DNA of 64,000 bases, from assembly GCF_026210795.1 (NCBI RefSeq), contig NC_089429.1:558001-622000 (forward strand), read 5' to 3'. The notes below the pieces were generated by a model. It was given only the letters and a program-made list of their open reading frames with translations. It searched no databases and had not been told where the DNA came from. Below, piece by piece: positions 1 to 12,959 of the stretch. Origin of the DNA: Rhizophagus irregularis. Lineage: Eukaryota. A program made the position numbers and the translations under genes. Position 1 is the first letter of the stretch. Each line of letters begins with the position of its first letter.

Positions 1-215
1 ACCATATTTTATAATGATGAAATAAATTTATAATAATAAATAGTTTTCTTTATTTAATGATTGAATAACCCTTATAAAAAATAAACGAGAACTGAATTAT
101 TTAAATTACAAACTAAGAATCTTCCTATTACCTGTTACTCTAATCTTAGTGTTTAAATAATTTAACATAAGATAAATAATAAAAAATGAAATTTGCATTC
201 AAATCGTAAATTAAT

Positions 216-2493
216 TTAAAGTTCATCTATAAAATAAATAAGATTAGTAAATGAAGATTAATTTATTATTTTAATATATTAACAAAGTAAACAAACCATC
301 GAGGATTTCTGGTTTATCTTGTTCTGAATGAAGACTTGAATTATTCTGTACTTCATCTGTAAAATAGAATAAATTAGAATAATAATATTGATCATTATTA
401 ATAAATAATTTATTTTACCTACCATTAGTACCAATATTTGATCGTTGTTGCATGAATTCTCTCTCATAGTCATTTTGAATATCTACTATTATCAATAAAT
501 CAAATTTAGTGACATATTCATCCTTATCTTCAACAATGTTATAGGAAAATTAGAATCGATATATAAATGAATTTTTAAGGCTTTACCATTATCTATCTTC
601 AATTTTTTGGATAATCTGGGTGATTCTTCACTATCATTATCTAAAATTAAGATATACAGTAAATTAGTATTTATTTATTTAAAACACTGATAGAAGAGTA
701 AATTACCTTTAGAACTAATTGATGTATATTGATTACTTGATTTACCAAGATTACTAGCTATAATAAAACGAATCATTTAATATTTTGTCGTATAAAATTC
801 AAATATAATCTTAATAAATACTTACAATTACTAGAAATACTAAAATCATATGATCTACTGATATAAAATGCTATTTTTTAAAAAAAGATTATCTCAACCT
901 ATTTATTAATTAAAGGACTTATACTAAAATATTATTATCTTTATATTACCTTTTTGTTCTTCTATTATTATTTATAAAAAGAAGATATTATTAATAGTGA
1001 TTGAATATTAGGAAAAGATTAGATTAATAAATATAAAACAATTATTATACCTTCTGTTGCATTTTTTGGTTCAGGTAGGTTTTCAAATTTATGTATTTTA
1101 CTTGTAAATGATTTACTATTTATGTTAATTTTTTCTTTATCTACTTTTGTTATTAATTGAGGTAATTCATTTGGGTTATTTTGATAATATGTTTTAATTT
1201 CACTTATTTTATCAAAAAGTGTATCAGCATCAGGTCTTTTTAATGGGTTAGCATCCCAACATTGTTCCATTAAACTTTTATATTTTAAAGGAATTTCTGA
1301 TATAATTTTTGGTCTTATACCATCAATGATATTAATTGCAAGAATATAATCATGTTCATAATTCATAAATGGAGGTTGTCCAAATGAAATTTCCCACATA
1401 AGCATTGCAATACTATAAATATCAGATTTAAAGGTATAACCTTTTCCATTAATAACTTCAGGTGCTATGTAAGGAAGATTTCCATATATGCTTGTTGATG
1501 GTTTGTCTGCAGGACCACAAAATCCAAGATCACTAATTTTCCAATGATCATTAAACTGGGAATATAAAATATTTCCAGAATGCAAATCTCTATGAATTGA
1601 ATTTTCTTCATGAATATAATAAAGTGCATCAATTATTAAAAAAGTAATATTAATTCTTTCATTCCATGTAAGTTGATTATGATTTTGTTGTAAATATTCT
1701 TTTAAATTCAAATCATACTTTCTCATTACAAGTAAATAATTTCTATTTGATGGATTTTGTGTTAAACCAAAACATTGAACAACATTTGGGTATTTATTAC
1801 TTATAGTTAAGTGTGATTTAGCCTATAAAGATAAATTTCAAAATTTTACTATTAATAGAGAATTTTAAATGTAAGTTCTTTAAATATTTTAAATTTACAA
1901 ACCTCTTCAAACCAACTTTGACTTGCATTTGCAACATTTTTTAATTCTTTAAGTATTACTTTATGAGTTCCACGTCTTATTAATTGTTGCACTTTAGAAT
2001 CCCATTCTTTATATCGTCCATCAATCCGTTTTGCTGTATAAATCTCTGAGAACCCACCTCTTGTTAGATATTCAATATTTTGTAAATTATTGTAGGGGAT
2101 CCATTCAATAATAACACTTGGAATAAGTGTTTCTGATTGACAATTTTTTATTAAATTATCGATATCATTATTTCCAGATGTCCAATTTGGAAAATTTGCT
2201 TTTAAATAATTCCGAACACAATATTCACAATATAATGTAGCTAAACATTTTTGATTACAATTTTCACAAATTCTTTTTGTTCCTGAATTACGAAAAATTT
2301 TATCTGCGTCATATTCTATATTATTTTTTCTTATTGCTTCAGTTTTTTCTTCTTCTGTTAGAGAATTATCAGCAAGAATTACTTGTTTACAAAATTCATA
2401 TTCTTTGTGGAAGCCATTGTGAGTATTATGATCAATTGATAAATGTGCCCTCGTAAGAGCTGCATAAATTAAATTTTTTCGAATATTAGACAT
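216..2493 (-). CDS. TKL-like protein kinase paralogue 1 (N-terminal CxxC..CxxC zinc ribbon + NWTSGN region + kinase domain + acidic micro-exon tail), about 9 exons
   Basis: ORFs 1852-2493 and 1019-1726 join via GT-AG intron 1902-1823 (WFEE|AKSH). Motifs GGFS, ILK, HRDLHSGN, DLG, APE, SDIYS. Exon 2 ends at 1051, then a 12-nt exon 961-950 and further small exons to G|AT GAA CTT TAA (stop 218-216). Confidence 0.9.
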
Positions 2494-4139
2494 ATTTATA
2501 AAAAAAAATGTTTTTTTTAGTAGAAAAATAAACTGGTGCGACCAACAAAATTTTAGTATTGTCTACTGATCTACCTGTTACATTGTCATCTGATCATAAA
2601 CATTTTTCATATTTCATTTAACGTAAGATCATCACCAACCATTTTTATTTATTTATTTATTTCTTGTAAAAACATGATATAAAAATACAGAGGCACCAAT
2701 AACATTAAAGATTGTACAGAAAAAAAAAAAAGTTTTAAAATTATTTTCTGCGAAATTAATGAAATATATTTCTAAAAATGATGCTTTTGGAAAACAGAAT
2801 TTTATTAATCAAATCCTCATAAAATTTAACATATCAACTACATAAAATAAAATTTCAAAATCTCTCAATTGGATCCGTATTGGTGATCATGTCATCAATA
2901 AATTCCAGTGATAGGAAAAAAAAACTAACATATGTTAATTATATTAAATTACAATTTTTTTGAGCTAAATATTATATTATTGTCTTTTTATTCTTTCTTA
3001 ACTAAATTAATAATTTTTATTTAATTGTGCTTAATTTTTACTTTTAGTTATTATGTTTAATGAGTCGAAATTCAAACTTAAGTTTCAAAAATAAAAATCA
3101 AAATTCAATTTTGATGATTAAATCTTATTGTATAATAAATATATCGATAATATAACACAGTAAGTTGATTTATTGCATAATGAATTTATAAAATTTAAAG
3201 ATTAATCATTTCCCTCCGCAGTGAAACAAAAAACCTATTCTTAAAAGTCAATCATGAGATAAAATTAGACTAACCGAAGTATAATGTTTAATTAAGAAAA
3301 CATGCACAATTACATTATTACGGAGAATAAGATATATTCCTTTTTTGAATACAATAATATGATAGATGACCATATATATGTATGTTAACGAGACTTTTTA
3401 TCTGTTTATCACTTTATATTCACTTTTCAAGCAAAAAAAGGAAAAAAGAATAAAATAGGATATCGGTCAATAGGACTTCCTAGTAGTAACGAGTATTTAA
3501 CACGTGAGAAAATTATAACTGTCATTTACGTAATATTCTGAAGAATATCCCGAAGAAAAAATTATTACACATGTGTATAATTTTTAATCTTTTTACTACA
3601 TAGGTAATTGTCGTTTATTAATATGCTTGATCTAGTTGAACTTAGTCTATAATTTTTCTAAAGCATTTTAAATACATACTTAGATTATTAAATTTTCAGC
3701 GTTTTTTTTCTTATTTTACTATTTAATGTTTTGATCCATACCCAAATTACCCGGATTCTTTTTCAGATATCAAAGTTATATGTTTTATAAGCAAATGACA
3801 AATATCCGGTTTAAACTGATTTGTTTAGCGTTGGCGCCTTTAATTTCTTAATTTATAAATTTAGACTTACTATGATAAATTTATATTAAAATTTACAAAT
3901 CATTTATCAATTATAAAATTATTTACTAAAATTTACACAAATTATCATAGTACCATCACTTTAATATTAAATTTAAATGATAGGTTTAAATAATGTTTAC
4001 TTAATAATATAAATTGTTTTCGGAAAATTAAATAAATTAACGATATTTTAATTTTGGGGATAGTTTAATTTTATTTTTTTTTTTTAAAAAAAAGTAAATA
4101 TCTATTTCTAAAGTTATTTTGATATTTTAATTGATTTCA

Positions 4140-4334
4140 ATTATTATTTGTTGGTAACCGAAATATCAAAAGTTTTTTGATAATAATAATGATAAATATG
4201 TTGGAATGCTATATTATAAACAAGTCTAGTCAAAAAAATGTGTAAATCCAGATTATCTGATCCAGATATATAGAATCCGGATATAATAATAATTTTTTTT
4301 TTTGGTGTAATTTGGATTTCGGTTTTCATCACTA
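4140..4334 (-). mobile_element. Solitary hAT-like transposon end
   Basis: Minus strand begins TAGTGATGAAAACCG (similar to Ac/Ds TIR TAGGGATGAAA), followed by ATCCAG/ATCCGG subterminal repeats; no partner end found. Confidence 0.4.
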
Positions 4335-4494
4335 GTGCTGTTCAGATAAATAGTGTCCACCTTAAAATTTACATATTTTACAAAATTATGTTGCTCGTGT
4401 ATGACATTTTATAATAACATTTAATAATTGATTAGCCTATAAAAAAACAAAGGAGATCTAAATTATTATAAATTACAAATTAAGAATCTTATTA

Positions 4495-5110
4495 CTATTC
4501 TCGCTGTGAATTATAAAAAAAGGTATTGCACCGGTTATTCAATCATTTTATCCTCCTTGTGCGAATATAAGCAAGAATCAAGACAAAAATTCTAATAAAA
4601 TTTCAATCCTACTATTATTTGCATCATCGATATTTACAATCAAACGAACTCGTAAATTCCGCAAAGTAATAAATAAGGTAGATTTGTTTATTGTTCGTTT
4701 AGCTTCTTGAAACATGTCATCACGATATTAATCGATTTTCCCGCCTTTATAGATGTTCCAAAATGAACCGACATTTTACTATTGTTATTTTAACGGCATT
4801 TTGATCTTCGCCGAGAAAATCCGCCACGCAGTATCACAAATAAATTCCCGTGATGGCACGTGCAGAATTCTTTTATGTTTGGCGCAGAATCGTACTTGCA
4901 AAAAAAAAAATCGCTTGAATACGAAGAATACAGTATGAGGCGGATTGGAATATTATGAAATTTATGTATAGATGTGAGTTCGAATCGGAAATATTGCTTA
5001 TTTTTTTTTTTATCATTGCCAATCTCTCAATTTTACGGTGTTATACTAGGTTTGAAATTAATGAGAAATTCTTTGGCGGAAATTAGCTGAAATTGACACT
5101 TTCTAAGTAA
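4495..5110 (+). pseudogene. Decayed coding-like segment, paralogous to 33520-34080; product unknown
   Basis: Clear nucleotide similarity to 33520-34080 (e.g. TTATTTGCATCATCGATATTTACAA); higher GC than flanks; broken frames in both copies. Confidence 0.35.
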
Positions 5111-5854
5111 TTTACGTGATGGGAATGATTTAAATTGGCGAAAATTTTGTATAATTTGTAGAAGAGGGTATGGGAATCTCTTAAGCTAGCAATAGTGATA
5201 GCTAGGAGCAAATTAACAAAATAATTAATATAGAAATTTGCAAGAATTATAGAAAAGGGTGAATTTTAATTTACTAACTTTTAATATATTCTCATAACAA
5301 ATAAATTCTTAAAGAATATTACATCTCATTTACGTATTTGCATAACGTTTCGAATTATCAGATCTTTTTCTTAAGTGGCCCATTTTGATCTAAAAAAAAA
5401 AATTTCTTTTTTTCTTTTTTTCTTTTATCTCCCATATAAAGTTATTACTTTTTGTTCCAGAAAAAATCTACTGACAAGTTTTTGTAAAGTAAAGAGTAGG
5501 TAAAGTTTATTGTGGCTGAAAAAAAAAAATATCGAGCCAACATTTCAGGATCCTGCAAAGCCTTGCGTGGTCTCGACTGTTGTCAACGAAGTGGATGCAT
5601 TGAAATGACTTGTATAACGTACGACTGGCCTTTAACAAGCCAGTATTCTGGGACCTGTAAAACTTTGTGTAGTTACGATCGCCATGGTGATTATTCTGAT
5701 TTCATATTTTATTAAATCTATCTTCTTTTTTACATTTCATCTGAAAATTTTTACTGTTGAAGTATTTTATAATAATTGGAATTATACTTTATATGAAATT
5801 ACGTTTGAAACTTAAAGAAACTGATAATAAATTAAATTTTTTTTTTAGTTATAA

Positions 5855-6950
5855 CTAGCTGTAGCCTGTTGCGTTGCAACAGAATTAAATGAGTTTAAAT
5901 CAATATAACAATAAAATTATTGTTTTAAGATCTTATATAATATTAACACGTTTTTTTTATTTTTAAGTAAAAAAAAAATATGCTTATCCTAACTAAAATA
6001 ATACAATATATTCAACAAAAAAAATAGTTTATTTTGATTATATTGTATCGATCCAAACCTAAGAGGTGAAAAAATGGAAAAAAGAAAAAAATAGAGAAAA
6101 AAAATTTAGTAAAAAATTATTTAAAAAACGCTTATCGTAGGACCGCAGCATCAATCCGATCAATCCGATCACTGATCTAAAAGACAGAGAAAAAAAATCG
6201 GGATGAAAATATTAAAAATTCAGTTTTAAAAAAAAAATTGGAAAGAAAAATTATTAAAATCTCGGTTTTGAAAAACAGTAATATAAAAAAAAAAAGATCC
6301 AGTTTAAAAAAAAAAAAGACCAAAAAAATATTGAAAAAAAATCCGGTCTTAAAAAAAAAGAGACTGAAAAAAAGTATTATTATTAAAAAAAAATCCGGTC
6401 TAAAAAAAGACTCCCAAAAAAAATATGATATTACTGTAAAAAAAAAATGATCGGTCTAAAAAAAGATTTTTAAAACCAACGTCCAACGTTTGGTAATCGA
6501 TTTGCTGCGGCCGATCGCATGGCCGAATGATTAGTAGCTTTTTTAACGACTCATTATGGAATTGGCAGATAATATATTTTATTGTATTATTATTTGTATA
6601 TACTACTATGTATTTCTAACCTTATTTTTAGTATATATTTTACATTTAATATAATAAAGAAGTGCGTGTTACTAAAAAAAAAGATAAATTAAAAGCTTTT
6701 TTTCGTTAATTAGCAAAAAAAAAAAAAAAAAAATCGATTAAATTTCATTATCCGGAGCTGTATTAATTAATCTCTAGAATTGGCCATCGGAACGTACACA
6801 TGACCCGACAGCAATCAAATTATTTAAACCATAATAATTATGGAATAGATCAGGCGCAGGCGAATCAACACGTCACGTCGTCACATCGCGCAATTCATAC
6901 AGGATAATCTAAAACTTTCCGTTACACACGAATTTTTTTAGTTATATAGA
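5855..6950 (-). mobile_element. Non-autonomous Helitron (~1.1 kb)
   Basis: Minus strand starts A|TCTATATAAC at 6950 and ends with hairpin CTGTTGC-AAC-GCAACAG then CTACAG-CTAG|T at 5855; inserted between A and T with no TSD. A short paralogous empty junction TGTAA|TATCAGCACT is at 12491-12505. Confidence 0.8.
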
Positions 6951-7429
6951 TATCAGCACTCATTTGAAATCCAAATAATATATATTCTCAGGATGGAAAC
7001 TGGACATAATCTAATTAAACGTTGGATTTAAATGTTATTACATAAAATTAATAGAATAAACCATTTTGAAAATGGTTTAATACTTTTGGTGAATAATGAT
7101 CATTTTAGATATTCTGATAATTTATAACATATTTATTAAAATTTATACAATTAAAATAGTAATCAAATGAATGTCGGTATTATAAATGATTTTTATTGTA
7201 AAATACTAATGCGTTGTTACAAAATTACCTTTCATGCTCATAATATTTTATAATAAATTTATAATTCACTTTATTTAATAATTGAAAATTCCCTATAATA
7301 AAAGAATCGAATTATTTAAATTACAAACTAAGAATCTTTTTACTACTCTAATCTTAGTGTTTAAATAATTCAACATAAAATAAATAATAAAAATGAATTT
7401 GAATTCAAATAATCAAATTGTAAATTAAT

Positions 7430-9690
7430 TTAAAGTTCATCTATAAAATAGATAGATTAGTAAATAAATGTAGTTTATTATTTTAATATATTATTAAAAA
7501 TACTAAATAATAAAACAAACCATCGAGAATTTCTGATTTATCTTGTTCTGAATGAAGACTTGGATTATTTTGTTCTTCATCTGTAAAAGTAAAATAAATA
7601 GAATAATTTCTAATTTATATTATAAATAATTTAATAAATATGGCTTACCATTAGTACCAATATTTGATCGTCGTGGCATTAATTCTCTCTCATAATCATT
7701 TTGAACGTCTACTATTATCAATAAATCAAATTTATTAATATACTCATCAACAAAAATATTATAAGAAAATTAGAATCGATATATATAAATATTTTAAGGC
7801 TTTACCATGCTCTATTTTTAATTTTTTAGATAATCTGGGTGATTCTTTACTATCATTATCTAAAATTAAGATATACAGTGAATTAGTATTTATTTATTAT
7901 AAAACACTAATAAGAATAAATTACCATTGGAACTAATTGGTATATATTGATTACTCGATTTACTAAGATTAGTACTAGCTATAATAAAATGAATCATTTA
8001 ATATTTTATTGTGTAAAATTCAATATGATTTTAATAAATACTTACCATTACTAGAAATACTAAAATCATATGATCTACTGATATAAAATGCTATTAAAAA
8101 AAAAAGAAATTATTATTAGTTAATAAAGGACTTATATAAAACATTATTATCTTTATATTACCTTTTTGTTCTTTTATTATTATTTATAAAAAGAAGATAT
8201 TATTAATAGTAATTGAATATTAGAAAAGATTAGATTAATAATAAATATAAACAATTATACCTTCTGTTGCATTTTTTGGTTCAGGTAGATTTTCAAATTT
8301 ATGTATTTTACTTGTAAATGATTTACTATACATGTTAATTTTTTCTTTATCTACTTTTGCTATTAATTTGGGTAATTCATTTGGATTATTTTGATAATAT
8401 AATCTAATTTCTTTAAAATTTTGCCAAAGTGTATAAGTATCAGGTCTTTTTAATGGGTTAGCATCCCAACATTGTTCCATTAAATTTTTATATTTTGAAG
8501 GAATTTCTGATATAATTTTTGGTCTTATACCATCAATAATATTATATGCAAGAATATGTTCGTCTTCATAATCCATAAATGGTGGTTGTCCAAATGAAAT
8601 TTCCCACATAAGCATTGCAATACTATAAATATCAGATTTAAAGGTATAACCTTTTCCATTAATAACTTCAGGAGCTATGTAAGGAAGATTTCCATATATG
8701 CTTTTTGATGGTTTGTCTGCGGGACCACAAAATCCAAGATCACTAATATTCCAATCATCATTAAGTTGTGTATATAATATATTTCCAGAATGCAAATCTC
8801 TATGAATTGAATTCTCTTCATGAATATAATAAAGTGCATTAATTATTAAATAAGTAATATTAATTCTTTCATTCCATGTAAGTTGATTATGATTTTGTTG
8901 TAAATATTCTCTTAAATTCACGTCATACTTAATCATTACAAGCATATAATTTCCATTTGATGGATTTTTTGTTAAACCAAAACATTGAACAATTTCTGAA
9001 CTTTTGTTACTTAAAGTTAAATGTGATTTAGCCTATAAAAGCAATAAAATTTTATAAATAATTAAATTTTAAGTTCTTTAAATATTTTAGATTACAAACC
9101 TCTTCAAACCAACTTTGACTTGCATTTTCAACATTTTTTAATTCTTTAAGTATTACATAATGAGTTCCAAATCTTACTAATTGTTGCACTTTAGAATCCC
9201 ATTCTTCATATATACCATCAATCCATTCTGCTGTATAAATCTCTGAGAATCCACCTTTTGTCAGATATTTAATATTTTCTAAATTAATATATGGGATCCA
9301 TTCAATAATATTATTTGGCATAAGTGTTTCCATTTGACAATTTTTTATTAAATTATCAATAACATTATTTCCAGAAGTCCAATTTGAAAAATTAGATTTT
9401 AAATAATTTCGAACACAATATTCACAATATAATGTAGCTAAACATTTTTGGTTACAATTTTCACAAATTCTTCTTGTCCCTTCATTATAAATAATTTTAT
9501 CTCGGTCATGATTTTTATTATTGTCTCTTATTGCTTCAGTTTTTTCTTCTTCTGTAAGAGATTCGTCAGCAAGAATGAATTGTTCAAAAAATTTGTATTG
9601 TTCATGAAAGTTAACGTAAATATTATGATCAATTGATGCAAATGCCCTACTAAGTACTGCATTTATTAATTCTCTTCGAATATTAGACAT
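7430..9690 (-). CDS. TKL-like protein kinase paralogue 2
   Basis: ORFs 9052-9690 and 8235-8945; same intron positions, catalytic motifs and micro-exon tail as paralogue 1. Confidence 0.9.
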
Positions 9691-9876
9691 TTTTGTAAAA
9701 AAAAAAAATTTTTTTTAATAATAGTGCAAAAGAAAAATTAAAGTTTCCATAGACGATAAGTGGTGTAACTACCAAGATTTTAATATTGTCTACTGACCTA
9801 CCTGTCATGTGCACATTGCTGCATTGTAAACATGTGAACAAAATAACGATCATCTGATCATAATCACAAAAATAAA

Positions 9877-10669
9877 GGTGTAAATAAAGATAGACAAACT
9901 GAAGGTTTGTTCAAAGAAATACAAAAAGCTAACGCTGAAAGGATGGTTAAAGAAAAAATTAAAATCTTCAATGGTTACGGTGAGTGTGGGTGAGGAAGAA
10001 GTAATGGATTTGGTGAACAGGTATAGAAAGGGTGCGTTATCAACTTGTAGTGTTTGGACACGAATGGTCACGTGACTGAGGATGAGGTGGTCGATCCGTC
10101 GATGTGATTAAAGAAAAGTGTGACTGGAGAGGTGTCAGTTTCCAAAGAGGAGGTGGATTTATACAATAAGGTAAATCAAGCTTGTTCATCACGTTTACCA
10201 CCTGAAATTTAAAAAGAAGGAATTTTGGTAGACGAAATAGTTTGACATAAGCGATGTAACAAGGAAGATAGAATTGAGTAGGGGGGTAGTTAGTAGTGAT
10301 GGTACTGATGAGGAGAGTGGATCAGACATAACGTCTATAATAGTGGCGAAAAAAGAAAAATCTGCTCAAGGAGGGAAAGATAAAAAAAGTGAAAAATCGA
10401 AAGAAAAAGAATAAGAAAGGGTGGTAAGTTGGTTAGTGAAGTATCTTCTATTAATAATGGGGAGTATTAGCGTAAATTTTAATTAAAATAGGTTAAATTA
10501 AAATTAAAAATAGCTAATGCTGGGGTTATTTGATATTTAGTTTAGTTTGTTTTTATATTTGTAATTTGTTTTTTTAGAGTAGATACTTTATTAGCAGATG
10601 CACGTCGTCTAAATTGGGATAGGTTGTTTATAACAATTGTCATGATATTAATAAAGTTTATAAAAAAAA
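9877..10669 (+). mobile_element. 5'-truncated non-LTR retrotransposon (LINE) remnant upstream of kinase 2
   Basis: Absent from the near-identical region upstream of kinase 3 (15411-15440). Ends in AATAAA (10650) and an A-tract (10662-10669); possible AAAAATAAA TSD; decayed frame with RKV*LERC / IV*HKRC resembling the W..RC motif of LINE ORF2 C-termini. Confidence 0.5.
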
Positions 10670-11071
10670 TAAAATACCGATCTTCATTATTATTATTTGT
10701 ACATATTGATGTAAATACTACAAAGGCACAAATATCGTTAATAGGTTTAAGCTTTTGTAGACTAAAAATATTTTCTGCAAATTTAATTTTAAAGATGTTT
10801 TTTGGAAAAAAGTGTTTTATCAAATCATAGAATTCAAAAAAATCAAAAACACCTTTAAATTCATAATAAAATAAAATTTCAATTACCGTATTAGTTTTAC
10901 GTTATCAATAAGTTTCAATGATAATAAAAAAAAAAATAATAAATATTTAATAATTGATTACTTATTTTCTTTCTTTTTTCAATTATTTAAATAATTAATA
11001 ATATTTATGCTTAATGAGCCAAATTTGAAGTTCAATGAAAGGGTGGAAATAAAAATTCAATTTTGATGAAT

Positions 11072-11775
11072 TGTACAAAAAAAAGTTTTGACATATGGGC
11101 CGATTTTTGGAATTAACGAAATTAGGATATTCTACAAAATTTTACAAGTTACTACAACTCGAAATATAAAATATGTTTCACAAATTAAATCATATTGTAT
11201 TACAAGGTCGTGTGATATGAATTTAATTTATCTATAACGATAAATATATTTTTTTTCTTTCGCAAACTCTCTGTTAGTCTCCCCATCAGTTTTTTAAGTT
11301 AGGTAAGCTGAATAGTTTTGAAAGCATATATAGTAGTTTTTCTACTTTATATACAAGCAGTAGCTCTCTTTTTCACTATTTGAAAGTTTTTTTAACATTC
11401 TGTGGGAAAACAAATACATTATTCAATAGAAATATTTAAGAAATCATAATTAATAGTTTTAAGTGTAATTTATTAAATTGTAACAGATTAAATTATGAAT
11501 TAATAAATTATTTAGTAGTTTTTTAATTTTTTTGTTAAATATTATGAATTTTCTTTTTTTTTTTTAATAAACTAGTAACTAGTATAATATTTTTCCTTCG
11601 TTTTTTAGGATGTATTTATTATTTTCAGGTTGAAAAAGCAAAATATTGTAATAGAAATTTTTGAAAGAATTATTATTTTTAATATTGATCTTTTTTTATT
11701 TGGGAACGGTTTGATCTTAACGCAGTCGTCGCACTCAGCTGATTAAACGTCACGTGACCCAAATCCTTAATTCCT
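11072..11775. mobile_element. Unclassified insertion/transposon fragment
   Basis: Lies between two blocks homologous to other kinase upstream regions; GC-richer right end (minus GGAATTAAGGATTTGGGTCACGTGAC); no matching left TIR seen. Confidence 0.3.
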
Positions 11776-12080
11776 ATTTTCTGCGAAATTAATGAAATGT
11801 ATTTCTAAAAATGATGTTTTTGGAAACAGAATTTATTAATCAAATCCTCATAAAATTCAATATATCAACCATACTATAAATTCATAAAATAAAATTTCAA
11901 AATTCGGATCCGTATTGATGATGATGATTGACTACTATGATATCAACAAATTTCCAGTGAAAAAAATGTCATAGTATGTTTAATAATAAGTTACATATCG
12001 ATCAATTTTTTTAAACTAATATAATATCAATTGTCTTTTTTCTCTCTCAGCTAAATTAATAATTGTAATAAAATTAATAT

Positions 12081-12234
12081 GAAAATTGCTAAAGCTCACC
12101 GGCGGTGATAATCACCGTACCAGCAGCATTATGATGTACTTTCGACCAGAATTAAAATCTAATAAATAAAATACTGGCCAGCATTACATCATAATTTCAC
12201 AACCGGTCATCACCGGTGATGTTTAGCAATACCC
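12081..12234. mobile_element. Mutator-like MITE
   Basis: Imperfect TIRs ATTGCTAAA..CACCGG / CCGGTG..TTTAGCAAT; 9-bp TSD AATTAATAT (12072-12080, 12235-12243); single-copy empty site near 32640. Confidence 0.75.
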
Positions 12235-12349
12235 AATTAATATTACTACTTATATTTAATTGTGCTTAATCTTTACTTTGAATTTTGACTCATTAAACAT
12301 AATAACTAAAAGTTTCAAAAAATAGAAATCAAAATTCAATTTTGATAAT

Positions 12350-12488
12350 TCCGTTCAGAATCGACTTTCAGAGTCCGACTCTCATGGAACCACTCGTTTC
12401 ACTTGAGCTACTCATTTCAGCTTGAAAATGATTCCAACGTTCAACTTGATCACTTGAGTCACTCCATTTGGAACTTTTTCCATCCCTA
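12350..12488 (-). mobile_element. Solitary hAT-like transposon end
   Basis: Minus strand begins TAGGGATGGAAAA (Ac/Ds-like) with CACTTGAG/GAGTC subterminal repeats. Confidence 0.45.
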
Positions 12489-12959
12489 CTTGTAATATCA
12501 GCACTTGAATATTTTAAATTCAAATCTCAAAAATGGATATCTTAATTTAAAATGGGTTACCAGATGGATATTTATTGCGGGGTGAAAATTGGACATAATC
12601 TAATAAAATATTGCATTTAAATGTGGTTATGTGAATTAATAGAATAAACCATTTTAAAAAATGTGTTAATACTTTTTGATGAATAATCAATTTTAGACAT
12701 TCTAATAATTTTAAAACATGTTTATACAATTTAAAAACATTACAAAATTATTTTTTGTTTTAAACATAAAATTTTATAATTATCTTTATTTAATAATTGA
12801 AAAGTCCTATAAAAAAAAAAAATAGAGAATTGAATTATTTTAAATTACAAACTAAGAATCTTTTTTACTACTCTAATCTTAGTGTTTTAAATAATTCCAA
12901 AATATAAAGTTAATAAATAGTAAAAAAATGAATTTGTTTTTCAAATTTGTAAATTAAAT

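Noticed and set aside
6238..6450. Lys-rich ORF
   Set aside because: A-tract artefact inside the Helitron.
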